Origin: Candidatus Woesearchaeota archaeon
GTDB taxonomy: Archaea; Nanobdellota; Nanobdellia; Woesearchaeales; GW2011-AR9
Length of the DNA: 64,000 nucleotides
Assembly (NCBI GenBank): GCA_016214025.1
Contig: JACRPH010000004.1
Location: forward strand, 17,370-81,369
Direction: 5' to 3'
Under the pieces are notes generated by a model, which was given only the letters and a program-made list of their open reading frames with translations, was not told where the DNA came from and did not search any database. Within the stretch, counting starts at the first letter, position 1. Each line of letters starts with the position of its first letter. A program made the translations under genes and the position numbers. Positions 1 to 8,366 of this stretch are shown here, piece by piece.

Positions 1-206
1 CCTTTAACAAAGATGCCGTTAGCTATCGGAGCCAGGAACTCGTTATTCACTTTAGTGTGCTCCAATTCTTGCAATGCTTCCAGAGATACTTCTAGCTCAG
101 CATTCTGTTCAGCCAGCATAGTCAGATGCTGGTTAACTTCTTCCATCTGTTGCTGCATCAGCTGCAACTGCAGGTATTTCTGCTTTAATTGCTCTTCGTC
201 TGCCAT
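1..206 (-). CDS. pfdA: Prefoldin alpha subunit, N-terminal part (runs off window start)
   Basis: Manual translation MADEEQLKQKYLQLQLMQQQMEEVNQHL...EFLAPIANGIFVK shows a coiled coil followed by the prefoldin-alpha beta-hairpin motif. Not in the ORF track. Confidence 0.85.
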   Translation of the reverse strand, partial: MADEEQLKQKYLQLQLMQQQMEEVNQHLTMLAEQNAELEVSLEALQELEHTKVNNEFLAPIANGIFVK

Positions 207-300
207 TAAGTGGTTATTTAAACCGCAGTTTTATAAGGTTTTTGGAGGAAAATCAAGTTTGGAGGAAAGTCAAGTAAAGTATATTCTTCCTACCGACAAA

Positions 301-309
301 GTTTATATA
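301..309 (+). promoter_or_regulatory. Archaeal TATA box (GTTTATATA) upstream of the PRPP-synthetase-like gene
   Basis: TTTATATA about 30 nt before ATG 332, spacing typical of leaderless archaeal transcripts. Similar boxes precede many genes here. Confidence 0.55.
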
Positions 310-331
310 GGGGTTTTAGGTTGCTACAACT

Positions 332-1792
332 ATGTTTCAGTTGGAATCCAAAAGTGCCCTTGATGATGTCATCCACCGGCTGGTTCTGGCGCCTATTTCT
401 ACTACGCATATGGAAACTGCCACCCGAATCGGCGAGCATTGCTTTGGAATAAAAGGGATAGATTTAAGGCATCAATTCATGGAGCCGAGAAGTTTTAGTG
501 TGGGAGAGTTCTGCCCTAAGTTTGTATTAGGAAATGATCGTCCTAAAGATCTCCGGGGCAAGACTGTTTATATCTTAATGCTGCCTGGCCCTTACAAAAG
601 CCCGGAAGAATTAGTGGAAAGGGCTCAGATAACCGCATTTACGGCCAAAGAACATTATGCTGACAAAGTAGTTCTTCTCGCTACTGATTTGCCTCATAAT
701 CGGCAAGACCGGGGCTGGGAAGAAGATGAAAAAGCGTTAGGAGAGCCGACTACGGTAAGATTTCATGCACGGCTGTTCAAAGCTGCTGGTATTGATGAAG
801 TAATAACCACTCATGAGCATTCCCCGCGCATTCCTGGGTTTTATGCCTTAGAATATGGGTTAATACCTCCTGAGCTTATTGCTTCTGAAGCGAAAGGGCT
901 TATATCAGCTCAGCTTCGGGTGCCTTCTCAGGCTGATGTAAAAGATCCTCTTATTCAAGAACTGGGAAGAAAAGTATTCAAGTCCATCAGCCCCCATGCT
1001 TTGGCGGCAGATTATCTCCTGTACCACTCTTCGCTGGCTGGAACTGATTTTCTTAAAGATGGCGGAATGAAAATAGTGCTGAAAGCCATGGACAAAGGCA
1101 ATATTCTGTTCATAAACCAACTTTATGGAGCATTATTCCTGAAGAATGTATCTATTATCTACTGCAATAAAGCTCGTAAAGCTAAGAACGATCCCGATGC
1201 GGTAGAAATTGACGTCGGAGCGGTCTCAGATAGCTTTGATACTTTGGAGGGAAAGATTGAAATTACTGCTGACGACGGAGGAGATACAGGAGGAACCCAG
1301 CGGAAAGCCGCAGAATGGTCTGATCAGGGAAATACTTGTGCCGCTACCGGAAAAACCTACGGCCGTCCGGCAGATCGGCTGATTTATTTTACCCATGCCT
1401 GGCTGGGTGGTGAGGGGCATCAAGCAGTACAGGAGATGTTATTCAAGAATGTCAGAGCCAGAGAGTTCATAACAACTAATACCCGGCCTTACATTAATGA
1501 ATCTCAGTACTACCGCTTTAAGACTAAGTCTACAGTATTAAGATTTGCTGATATGTGGAGCGATGCGATAATTGCTAACGAGCTGGGGCATGACTTGGGT
1601 GCAAGATATGACGGATTTGGGTCTAAAGAAGAGCAGCATGAATTCTTAAGGCCATTGTATACTCTCAAAAGGCATTCTCCTCATTTCATGGTTGATGGGA
1701 ATATCGGAGAGAGGCTGAAGATTAAGTTTTATGTAAGGGATGATGAGTTTAGAAAGGAAAGTTCATTTCTTCGCCAATTCCCACAGCGCTAA
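332..1792 (+). CDS. Divergent, enlarged ribose-phosphate pyrophosphokinase (PRPP synthetase)-like protein
   Basis: FSVGEF (cf. FxDGE), LPHNRQDR (cf. YARQDR), HEHSPRI, DKG, KARK, DDGGDTGGT PRTase loop, FTHAWL, TNT. 486 aa with large insertions. Confidence 0.75.
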   Translation: MFQLESKSALDDVIHRLVLAPISTTHMETATRIGEHCFGIKGIDLRHQFMEPRSFSVGEFCPKFVLGNDRPKDLRGKTVYILMLPGPYKSPEELVERAQITAFTAKEHYADKVVLLATDLPHNRQDRGWEEDEKALGEPTTVRFHARLFKAAGIDEVITTHEHSPRIPGFYALEYGLIPPELIASEAKGLISAQLRVPSQADVKDPLIQELGRKVFKSISPHALAADYLLYHSSLAGTDFLKDGGMKIVLKAMDKGNILFINQLYGALFLKNVSIIYCNKARKAKNDPDAVEIDVGAVSDSFDTLEGKIEITADDGGDTGGTQRKAAEWSDQGNTCAATGKTYGRPADRLIYFTHAWLGGEGHQAVQEMLFKNVRAREFITTNTRPYINESQYYRFKTKSTVLRFADMWSDAIIANELGHDLGARYDGFGSKEEQHEFLRPLYTLKRHSPHFMVDGNIGERLKIKFYVRDDEFRKESSFLRQFPQR

Positions 1793-2524
1793 AAAATACT
1801 GCCGGAAAGAATTCGCTGTTTCTTTATTTACAATCTTAATTACCGTGGGCTCTTCATGAAAAATCGTAATGAGGGTAACCTCTCCGCTAGTCGTTACTTC
1901 CGTAGGTGTTTTGTGAAATAAAAACTTCTTTTGATAATTCATTCCGATTTTCTGCTCAATCCGCTGAGCATACTTTCTTGCGCTGGTATTGAACAAAACA
2001 AATATTTTGATATTTCTCTCTGTGGCTTTCTTGCCGTAACGGGTGAAAAATAGTTCAGTCATCAAAATATTTTTCCCAGTGCTTGCTCCGATAACGTATA
2101 CTTTTCCTCTCCTCTTGGTTCGTTCTAGTAGCTCTTCATATACTGCACTTAGGCCTTCCCATCCGTAAGAAACGGAAATATCTGGGTAAAGAGGGGTAAC
2201 TTTTTTCATTTGCAAGAGGCTGGGAAGAATCCCCTTCAAGGCGCTCTCCGCTTTGGCTATGTTCTCTTTTTTGTGATGTAGATAATCTTTTAGTTTTAAA
2301 GGGGAAGTGGCATCGAAATGCCTTGCCCCGTCTTTAACCGTTTCGCTAACCAGCCCTTTCTCCCGCAGCCGCTCCAGCACTTCATAAATTTTTGAGCCGG
2401 AAATACCTGAAGCTAGGACTATAGGGGTTTTCGTGCGTGGCCCATGCTGTAACAGAAAAGAATATACTTTAATTTCTCCTTTAGTCAAGCCTATTTCCTG
2501 CAGTAATGGTACATATGTATTCAT
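1763..2524 (-). CDS. TrmB-family transcriptional regulator
   Basis: LQEIGLTKGEIKVY...KIYEVLERLREKGLV wHTH plus C-terminal effector-binding domain ending SFRQYFLALW. Confidence 0.9.
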   Translation of the reverse strand: MNTYVPLLQEIGLTKGEIKVYSFLLQHGPRTKTPIVLASGISGSKIYEVLERLREKGLVSETVKDGARHFDATSPLKLKDYLHHKKENIAKAESALKGILPSLLQMKKVTPLYPDISVSYGWEGLSAVYEELLERTKRRGKVYVIGASTGKNILMTELFFTRYGKKATERNIKIFVLFNTSARKYAQRIEQKIGMNYQKKFLFHKTPTEVTTSGEVTLITIFHEEPTVIKIVNKETANSFRQYFLALWELAKK

Positions 2525-2593
2525 AGGGTACCCCTAAGGAGACCCTTGTATTTAAATATTTTACGCATTAAAAATATATTGGTGATTTATTAA

Positions 2594-3451
2594 ATGGCAG
2601 AGAATGGCATTATAGATATAATGGGAGATTTAGGTGATTTAGCAGAACAAGCATTATTAATGAGGGCGTGGTGCTTAACTGAAGCAGTAATGATGCCTTC
2701 ATCAAAAAGCTTAGAAGTGCTTTCTCAGGCATTCCCTCGCTTTGAAAAGCACTTTGTAGAGTTGAAAACTCATCTTGTTGCAGGCAAAAACCTGGAAAGT
2801 TACTTTAGGGAGAATGTTCCACCGTTCCATCCTTTAATCCCGGCATTCGTCTCTGTAGGGGAAGCTACGGGTAATTTAGACATTTGTTTTGCTAATTTGC
2901 GTGACCACCTAGACAAAGAAGTAGAGCTGCGGGAAAAAGGGTTAAATCTATCACAACTGTGTACTTGGAAATTTTATAAAGCCATTTCAACTTTATTTAA
3001 TGCGGGGTTGCCCCTGGCGGAATCGTTAAAAGAAGCCAACAGCTATTCCAATTTTCTTCCTAAAGAGGTGATAGACGAGATTCTTGCCAAAACACCGGTT
3101 TATCAGTCTAACACTGCAAAAGAATTTAACCTTGCCCGCTTACAAGATATTTTAAATTATATCACTCATTTAAAAGATGTGGGAGAAGAGGTGCCGGAGC
3201 CTCTTAAACGGCTTCAACAAGGAAAACTGGTTAATCTTAATGAGTTTAGAAAAATTAAAGCTCCACAGTCTTCTGCCGATTTTGCCGAGGCGTTAGCTAA
3301 ACATCCCAAATATTTCCCTGCTTTTGTAGTAGAAATAATAAAATTTGGGGAGGAAGGAGGGATACTTGATGCGGTTTTATCGCGGCTGGCAGACTTTTAT
3401 GAGAAAAAAGCAGAGTATGAGCCATTTTTTCTGCAGAAAAGTGGAGAATAA
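2594..3451 (+). CDS. GspF/PilC (T2SSF)-domain protein lacking transmembrane segments
   Basis: Two T2SSF-like repeats (VSVGEATGNLD; LFNAGLPLAESL...KFGEEGGILDAVLSRLADFYE). No hydrophobic TM stretch visible. Confidence 0.7.
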   Translation: MAENGIIDIMGDLGDLAEQALLMRAWCLTEAVMMPSSKSLEVLSQAFPRFEKHFVELKTHLVAGKNLESYFRENVPPFHPLIPAFVSVGEATGNLDICFANLRDHLDKEVELREKGLNLSQLCTWKFYKAISTLFNAGLPLAESLKEANSYSNFLPKEVIDEILAKTPVYQSNTAKEFNLARLQDILNYITHLKDVGEEVPEPLKRLQQGKLVNLNEFRKIKAPQSSADFAEALAKHPKYFPAFVVEIIKFGEEGGILDAVLSRLADFYEKKAEYEPFFLQKSGE

Positions 3452-3530
3452 TTCTCTACGATGCTGGCTCTGGAGTTGATTTTAAGGAAAAAGGGAGTTC
3501 TGGGTTTGGCTTTACGCTGCCGGAGAAAAT

Positions 3531-4103
3531 ATGAGTAAAGATGAAAAAGAGCTAACGCCACAAGTCTCTCAGTGGCTGAAAAACCTAAGCGATAATCTCG
3601 GTTACTTACGCCGTCAGCGGCATTTAAAACAAAAAGAAATAGCTGAGCTACTGAAGGTAAGGAGAAGCTTTGTAAGTATGATTGAGACCGGTCTTCGAGC
3701 GCCCAGCTTGTTAACTTATCTGCGGGGGATAGAACTCTTTGAAAGAGATCCCGGCGAACTTTTTGTGAGAACATTAGCGGAGGGAAGCAGCTTTCAACTT
3801 TATCCTCTTCACCTTCCTGAACAACCACCTTTATTTGCCTATGACACTTACTTAGACAGAGCGCAATGGCTGGATTCTCCCGCTTCTCAATTAGAGGTGA
3901 AAGTCCATACTCCCCCCGATAGGGATTATCCTCACACCCTGACTCTGCCCCCGCCCCAAAGCATTGATTTCGCTTTTACGCAGTTGGGCTTAGAACTCAC
4001 CGCCCTGGAACAGCTAAAAGGCAAACCCGTAACTGCTTACTATCAGATCTCCCCTCCGGAAAAAGAAAAGTTGATAGCCATTCGCTGGAGAAGTGGGATC
4101 TAA
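3531..4103 (+). CDS. XRE/Cro-type HTH protein with unknown C-terminal domain
   Basis: LRRQRHLKQKEIAELLKVRRSFVSMIETGLRAPSL is a classic HTH_3 motif. Confidence 0.8.
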   Translation: MSKDEKELTPQVSQWLKNLSDNLGYLRRQRHLKQKEIAELLKVRRSFVSMIETGLRAPSLLTYLRGIELFERDPGELFVRTLAEGSSFQLYPLHLPEQPPLFAYDTYLDRAQWLDSPASQLEVKVHTPPDRDYPHTLTLPPPQSIDFAFTQLGLELTALEQLKGKPVTAYYQISPPEKEKLIAIRWRSGI

Positions 4104-4248
4104 CTTTTGTTCTTGTTGCTCCCAAAATTAAATATAAAGAAATGCGTTAATCAAACTAAAGAATAACACATTTCTAATATTAAGAATTGCTTTATACTCA
4201 ACAATTTAACACAATTCTTAATAAATCAGCCCCTAATTCTAAGCAATC

Positions 4249-5082
4249 ATGTTATCCCCGCGTCAAAAAGCAAAAGCCAACCTTCAACAGTACCGCCTCG
4301 TCGGCAGGCACTCTGCTGTTAAAATCTGCCACTGGACTAAAGAATGTATCCGCAAAGGCCGAGTGTGCTACAAGCAGGATTTTTATGGTATCCATACCGG
4401 CAATTGCTTAGAGATGACTCCAGCGATAACCTGCAACCATCGCTGCCTGCACTGCTGGAGAGATACTTCTTTATTCTCCACCAAGTGGGAAGGAGAGGCT
4501 GATGAACCTCAAGACCTCATCAAAGGCTGTATTGATGGAAGAAGGGAATTATTAATCGGATTTGGAGGAAGAGAGAATGTTAAAGCGGATAAACAATTTC
4601 AGGAAGCATTTGCCAAGTACCTCATCCCAGACCATGCGGCTATCTCTCTTACTGGAGAACCGTGTCTGTATCCCAAACTTCCACTGTTAATTGATTCTTT
4701 TTATGACGATTTCGGATTTAGAAGTGTGTTTTTAGTTACTAATGGAACCGTTCCGGAAATGCTGAAAAGACTGCGGATTACGGCGATTAAAGGAGAGAAT
4801 ATGGCTCATGCCAAAGAATTTCTGCCGTTCATTCAGCTGATGGAGCCGCAGTTTATTGAAGTAAAAGGATATGGCTTCTTGGGAATGTCCCGAAGGAGAT
4901 TAACTGAAAGTAATGTACCCAATTGGGAAGAAGTGCAGCAGTTTGCAGAAGAGCTCGCTGAATTGAGCGGGTATAAAGTTGGGGCGAAACATGAAGCGAG
5001 TGATATTGTGCAGTTAAGTGATATAGTACAGATAAGATTTTCCAGAAGTTATCTAAAAAAGACAAAGCCCAGTTGGAGATAA
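4249..5082 (+). pseudogene. taw1: 4-demethylwyosine synthase Taw1/TYW1 (radical SAM) with in-frame internal deletion and altered C-terminus
   Basis: HSAVKICHW, CYKQDFYGI, CNHRCLHCWR (CxxxCxxC), HAAISLTGEP, FLVTNGT, FIEVKGY. The usual PTQLYVSL segment between TNGT and RIT.IKG.N is missing. Confidence 0.8.
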
Positions 5083-5261
5083 TTCATAAGAAAGTTAATG
5101 AGATTTTGGAGAATCCCCATCATTACAAACCTTTGCGTGGAGATATGCATGGCGCATTTAGAGTACACATTCAGAAATCTTTCGTTTTAACTTTTGAGAT
5201 AGACGAATCAAATAAAGTAGTAAAGCTTCTTGATTATGAGCATCACGATAATGTCTATTGA
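5022..5261 (+). pseudogene. RelE/ParE-family toxin, start apparently lost or TTG-started
   Basis: DKIFQKLSKKDKAQLEIIHKKVNEILENPHHYKPLRGDMHGAFRVHIQKSFVLTFEI...HHDNVY. No adjacent antitoxin. Confidence 0.7.
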
Positions 5262-5312
5262 GAGTTATCCGTAAGTAACATTTATATCCTACCTCAAAAC
5301 AAGTGGTTAACA

Positions 5313-5762
5313 ATGGTTCGCGACTTAACCGGCAAACATGCCCAGTACTACGAAGCGATACTTCAGCTTAGAGATGTTTCTACTGAATTGGTTGAGGTTG
5401 TTTATGCTGAAGTAGAACGCTTAGGAATGAGAATCGCCCAAGCCCTCGATTTGGAGAATGGAGTGGATGTCTATCTTACTGATAAAAGCTTGACCAAAAC
5501 TTTAGCCAGAAAGCTTCAGGAGAACTTCGGCGGAGAATATAAAGAAAGTACTTCTATTTTCGGGCAGAAAGATGGTAATGAAATTACTCGCTTAACTATT
5601 CTCTTCCGCGGAATTGGTGCAAAGAAGGGCGATATTGTTGAATATAAAGGAGACCAATATCAAATCAGGATTTTGGGCAAAGATGTTCTATTGCAGGAAG
5701 TGAGCACCGGCAAGAAGATTCACTTGAAGTACGAAGACATGAAGAAGCTGAAGAAATGCTGA
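5313..5762 (+). CDS. NMD3-like protein (short archaeal form)
   Basis: YYEAILQLR, NGVDVYL, LARKLQENFGGE, RLTILFR resemble the NMD3 core, followed by an SH3/KOW-like tail. Confidence 0.7.
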   Translation: MVRDLTGKHAQYYEAILQLRDVSTELVEVVYAEVERLGMRIAQALDLENGVDVYLTDKSLTKTLARKLQENFGGEYKESTSIFGQKDGNEITRLTILFRGIGAKKGDIVEYKGDQYQIRILGKDVLLQEVSTGKKIHLKYEDMKKLKKC

Positions 5763-5806
5763 TATCTACCGCAACATTTAAATATTATCCCAATATTGCT
5801 ACAACA

Positions 5807-6139
5807 ATGGCGGCTACCAGCGAAACTTTGAGCTTTACTGTACCCTCTACGTTGAGATTGGAGCTTAGTGCTATTCCGGATACCGGATATTATGACAGCA
5901 CTTCTGAGTTCTTGCGGGATGCGATGAGAACACTGCTAGCAACAAGAAAAGATTTGAGGATAGCCATTGCTTCGGTGTTGTACAAAGAGGGGAAGATTTC
6001 TCTGGGGAAAGCAGCGGAAATTGCTGATGTTAATTACGAAGACATAAAAAAAATATTGGTTGAAAAGGGCATAAAATTAAAGAGGGGGGCAGAGACTAGA
6101 GAAGAAATGGAACGGGAACTTAAAGGTTTAAAATGGTGA
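5807..6139 (+). CDS. RHH + UPF0175-family putative antitoxin
   Basis: GYYDSTSEFLRDAMR (RHH) and LYKEGKISLGKAAEIA (UPF0175). ATG 5807 preferred over 5756. Confidence 0.8.
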   Translation: MAATSETLSFTVPSTLRLELSAIPDTGYYDSTSEFLRDAMRTLLATRKDLRIAIASVLYKEGKISLGKAAEIADVNYEDIKKILVEKGIKLKRGAETREEMERELKGLKW

Positions 6140-6170
6140 TTGAATAGCATTTAAATTTATTGAAAAAAAG

Positions 6171-6300
6171 GTATTTGTTTAGCATCTTCAAAATCTTCGT
6201 CATAAATATCGCTGGAGCCGCATCTCCGTAGGAGCCATCCCTCTGCGGCTCTTGCAGTCGATAGGGATTGGATTTTGACTTTATGATGCTAAACAAATAC
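6171..6300. mobile_element. 130-bp MITE-like element with 16-bp perfect terminal inverted repeats and 8-bp target-site duplication
   Basis: GTATTTGTTTAGCATC (6171-6186) and GATGCTAAACAAATAC (6285-6300), flanked by AAAAAAAG at 6163-6170 and 6301-6308. Internal GAGCCGCA/TGCGGCTC hairpin. Confidence 0.8.
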
Positions 6301-6308
6301 AAAAAAAG

Positions 6309-6926
6309 ATGCACGCACTACTGGGGAGAGTAATTTATTTTATCTCCTTCTTCAACACAAAATCCTCCGCATTGCGGCACGAACTTGTTTTGGCCCCGCC
6401 GGAAATGATAACGGAGATGCTGGATAAAGAGCAGGAGCAGCTTAACGAGCGGAAGAAATTAGCGGAGGAACTCAAGAGTGAAGCAGTAAAGCTGAAATCA
6501 ATTCATAAGCTGCCGCAAGAAGCTATGATCTACCGGGGGATTAGGGGCTTAAAGGTATTATTCAAAGACACATTAAACGTGGGAAGGGACTATTATGTTA
6601 TCGGAGCACCTCGAATCTCACTGGAACTAATGGGCTCCACTTTCTGGGAGAATTATAATCTTAAGCGGGTCCAAAAAAAGATTGTGGTCAAGATGTTATT
6701 CAATGAAGACTTGCGTAGATGGTCTAAAGTAATCCAAAGCAAGAAGACTATCATAAGATTCCTACCCAAGAAATTTGACGGATTAACCGAAACCATTATT
6801 TACGGAGATAAAGTTGCGTTCATCGTGTGGACAGAAAAGCCCATTGCTACGCTAATTCAAGACCGGCATCTTGCCGCCAACTATCGGAAGTACTTCCAGG
6901 CATTGTGGGAGCAGGCGAAAAGGTGA
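6309..6926 (+). pseudogene. TrmB-family regulator lacking its N-terminal wHTH
   Basis: APPE...IYRGIRGLKVLF...IYGDKVAFIVW...YRKYFQALW matches the C-terminal part of the other TrmB copies. The first ~27 aa are unrelated. Confidence 0.7.
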
Positions 6927-6972
6927 ATAACCTCGCAATAATTTTATAAACTCCTCAACTAAACACACCACC

Positions 6973-7767
6973 ATGCCTGAACTAACTGAAGAGCAACGGA
7001 AACAGCTGGAAGAGAAGATCAAGAAGATGTCTCCCGAGGAGCTGAAAGAGTTCCAAAAACAGCAATGCATCTTCTGCCAGCTCATCTCCGGTAAGATTCC
7101 CAGCAAAAAAGTATATGATGACGAAAAGTGTATCGCCGTATTAGATATTGCTCCCGCTTCTAAAGGGCATCTGTTGATTATGCCTAAAGAACATTATGCT
7201 ATCATGCCTCAAATTCCTGATAAAGAAATCGGGCATTTATTCCTAGTATCAAAATATCTCTCCCAAGTCCTGCTCAAAGTGTTAAAAGTATCCGGAACTA
7301 ATGTATTCGTGGCCAATGGCGCCGTGGCCGGGCAAAGAGCCCAACATTTCATGCTGCATTTAATTCCCAGAAAAGAAGGAGATAAAATAATCGAAGTAGA
7401 AGATAAGCTAATTGATGCCGGGCTAAGAGCAAAAGTAAAAGAGCTGGTAGAAAAACGATTAAAGACGTTGTTGGGAGTAAAAGAAGAGAAGCAGGCTGCG
7501 TTGCCGAAAGGAGAACAGAATGTTCCAGAAGAAAAATCCGTTCCTGAAGAAGAGTCAGCTGAAACTAAAGAAGAAACTGCTGAACCTGATGCTGAAGAGG
7601 AAACCGCAGCTGAAGAAAAGGTAGAAGAAAAACCAGCTAAGACTACTAAAAAAGCATCCAAGAAATCTTCCTCTAAATTAAGTTCCTCTAAAAAAAATAA
7701 GCCTAAAGATGAGCCAGAAAGCGCGGGAGATGCCAGCTTGGACGATATTGCTAATTTATTCAAATAG
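6973..7767 (+). CDS. HIT-family protein with degenerate histidine triad and low-complexity tail
   Basis: CIFCQLISGKIPSKKVYDD, LDIAPASKGHLLIMPKEHY, AGQRAQHFMLHLIPR, then an E/K/S-rich tail. Confidence 0.85.
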   Translation: MPELTEEQRKQLEEKIKKMSPEELKEFQKQQCIFCQLISGKIPSKKVYDDEKCIAVLDIAPASKGHLLIMPKEHYAIMPQIPDKEIGHLFLVSKYLSQVLLKVLKVSGTNVFVANGAVAGQRAQHFMLHLIPRKEGDKIIEVEDKLIDAGLRAKVKELVEKRLKTLLGVKEEKQAALPKGEQNVPEEKSVPEEESAETKEETAEPDAEEETAAEEKVEEKPAKTTKKASKKSSSKLSSSKKNKPKDEPESAGDASLDDIANLFK

Positions 7768-7787
7768 ACAACCCATCCAAAACCCTC

Positions 7788-8318
7788 ATGAAATGCGAAT
7801 ACTGCGATATACTTGAACGGAAGAGTACAGCAGATATACTCTACGAAGACAACGAAGTAATCATCGCCATAAAAGACTTTTCTATCGCTCCTGGACAGCT
7901 CACCGTATTTCCCAAACAGCATTTTACCATTATGGAAATGGTTCCTGACGATATCATCCAGAAATGTTTTGTTCTGGCTAATAAAGTGAGTGTCGCTATC
8001 TTTGAAAGCATGGGTGCGCATGGAACTAATATAATAGTGCAGAACGGATTAGGGGCAGGGCAAAAAGTGCCTCATTTTGCGGTAGAAATTATTCCTCGCC
8101 GGGAAGGGGATGGATTGAACCTGCAATGGACACCTAAAGAGCTGTCTGAAGACGAAAAAGAAACATCATATCTTTTAATCAAAGAAGAAGGGGATAAGTT
8201 AGTAGACATCGGGAAGAAAAAAGAGAAGAAAGAAGTATCACCGATTGTGACGGAGAAAATTTCTGGCCTTAATGGAAAAGATAATTACTTGTTGAAAAGC
8301 TTGAAAAGGATACCTTAA
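7788..8318 (+). CDS. Second HIT-family protein, degenerate triad
   Basis: CEYC, LYEDNE, PGQLTVFPKQH, AGQKVPHFAVEIIPR. Confidence 0.8.
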   Translation: MKCEYCDILERKSTADILYEDNEVIIAIKDFSIAPGQLTVFPKQHFTIMEMVPDDIIQKCFVLANKVSVAIFESMGAHGTNIIVQNGLGAGQKVPHFAVEIIPRREGDGLNLQWTPKELSEDEKETSYLLIKEEGDKLVDIGKKKEKKEVSPIVTEKISGLNGKDNYLLKSLKRIP

Positions 8319-8366
8319 CTTTCCATCCATAAACCTTATAAAATTCTCCAACTCTCAGGTAAAACT

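Noticed and set aside
13..363. 116-aa plus-strand ORF
   Set aside because: It is antisense to the prefoldin alpha gene, and its Cys/Ser-rich composition is typical of a shadow frame.
7209..8021. 270-aa minus-strand ORF and similar long antisense ORFs (e.g. 14156, 52005, 53067, 54858)
   Set aside because: Shadow frames of well-supported genes; Ser/Phe-rich mirrors of Glu/Lys-rich coding strands.
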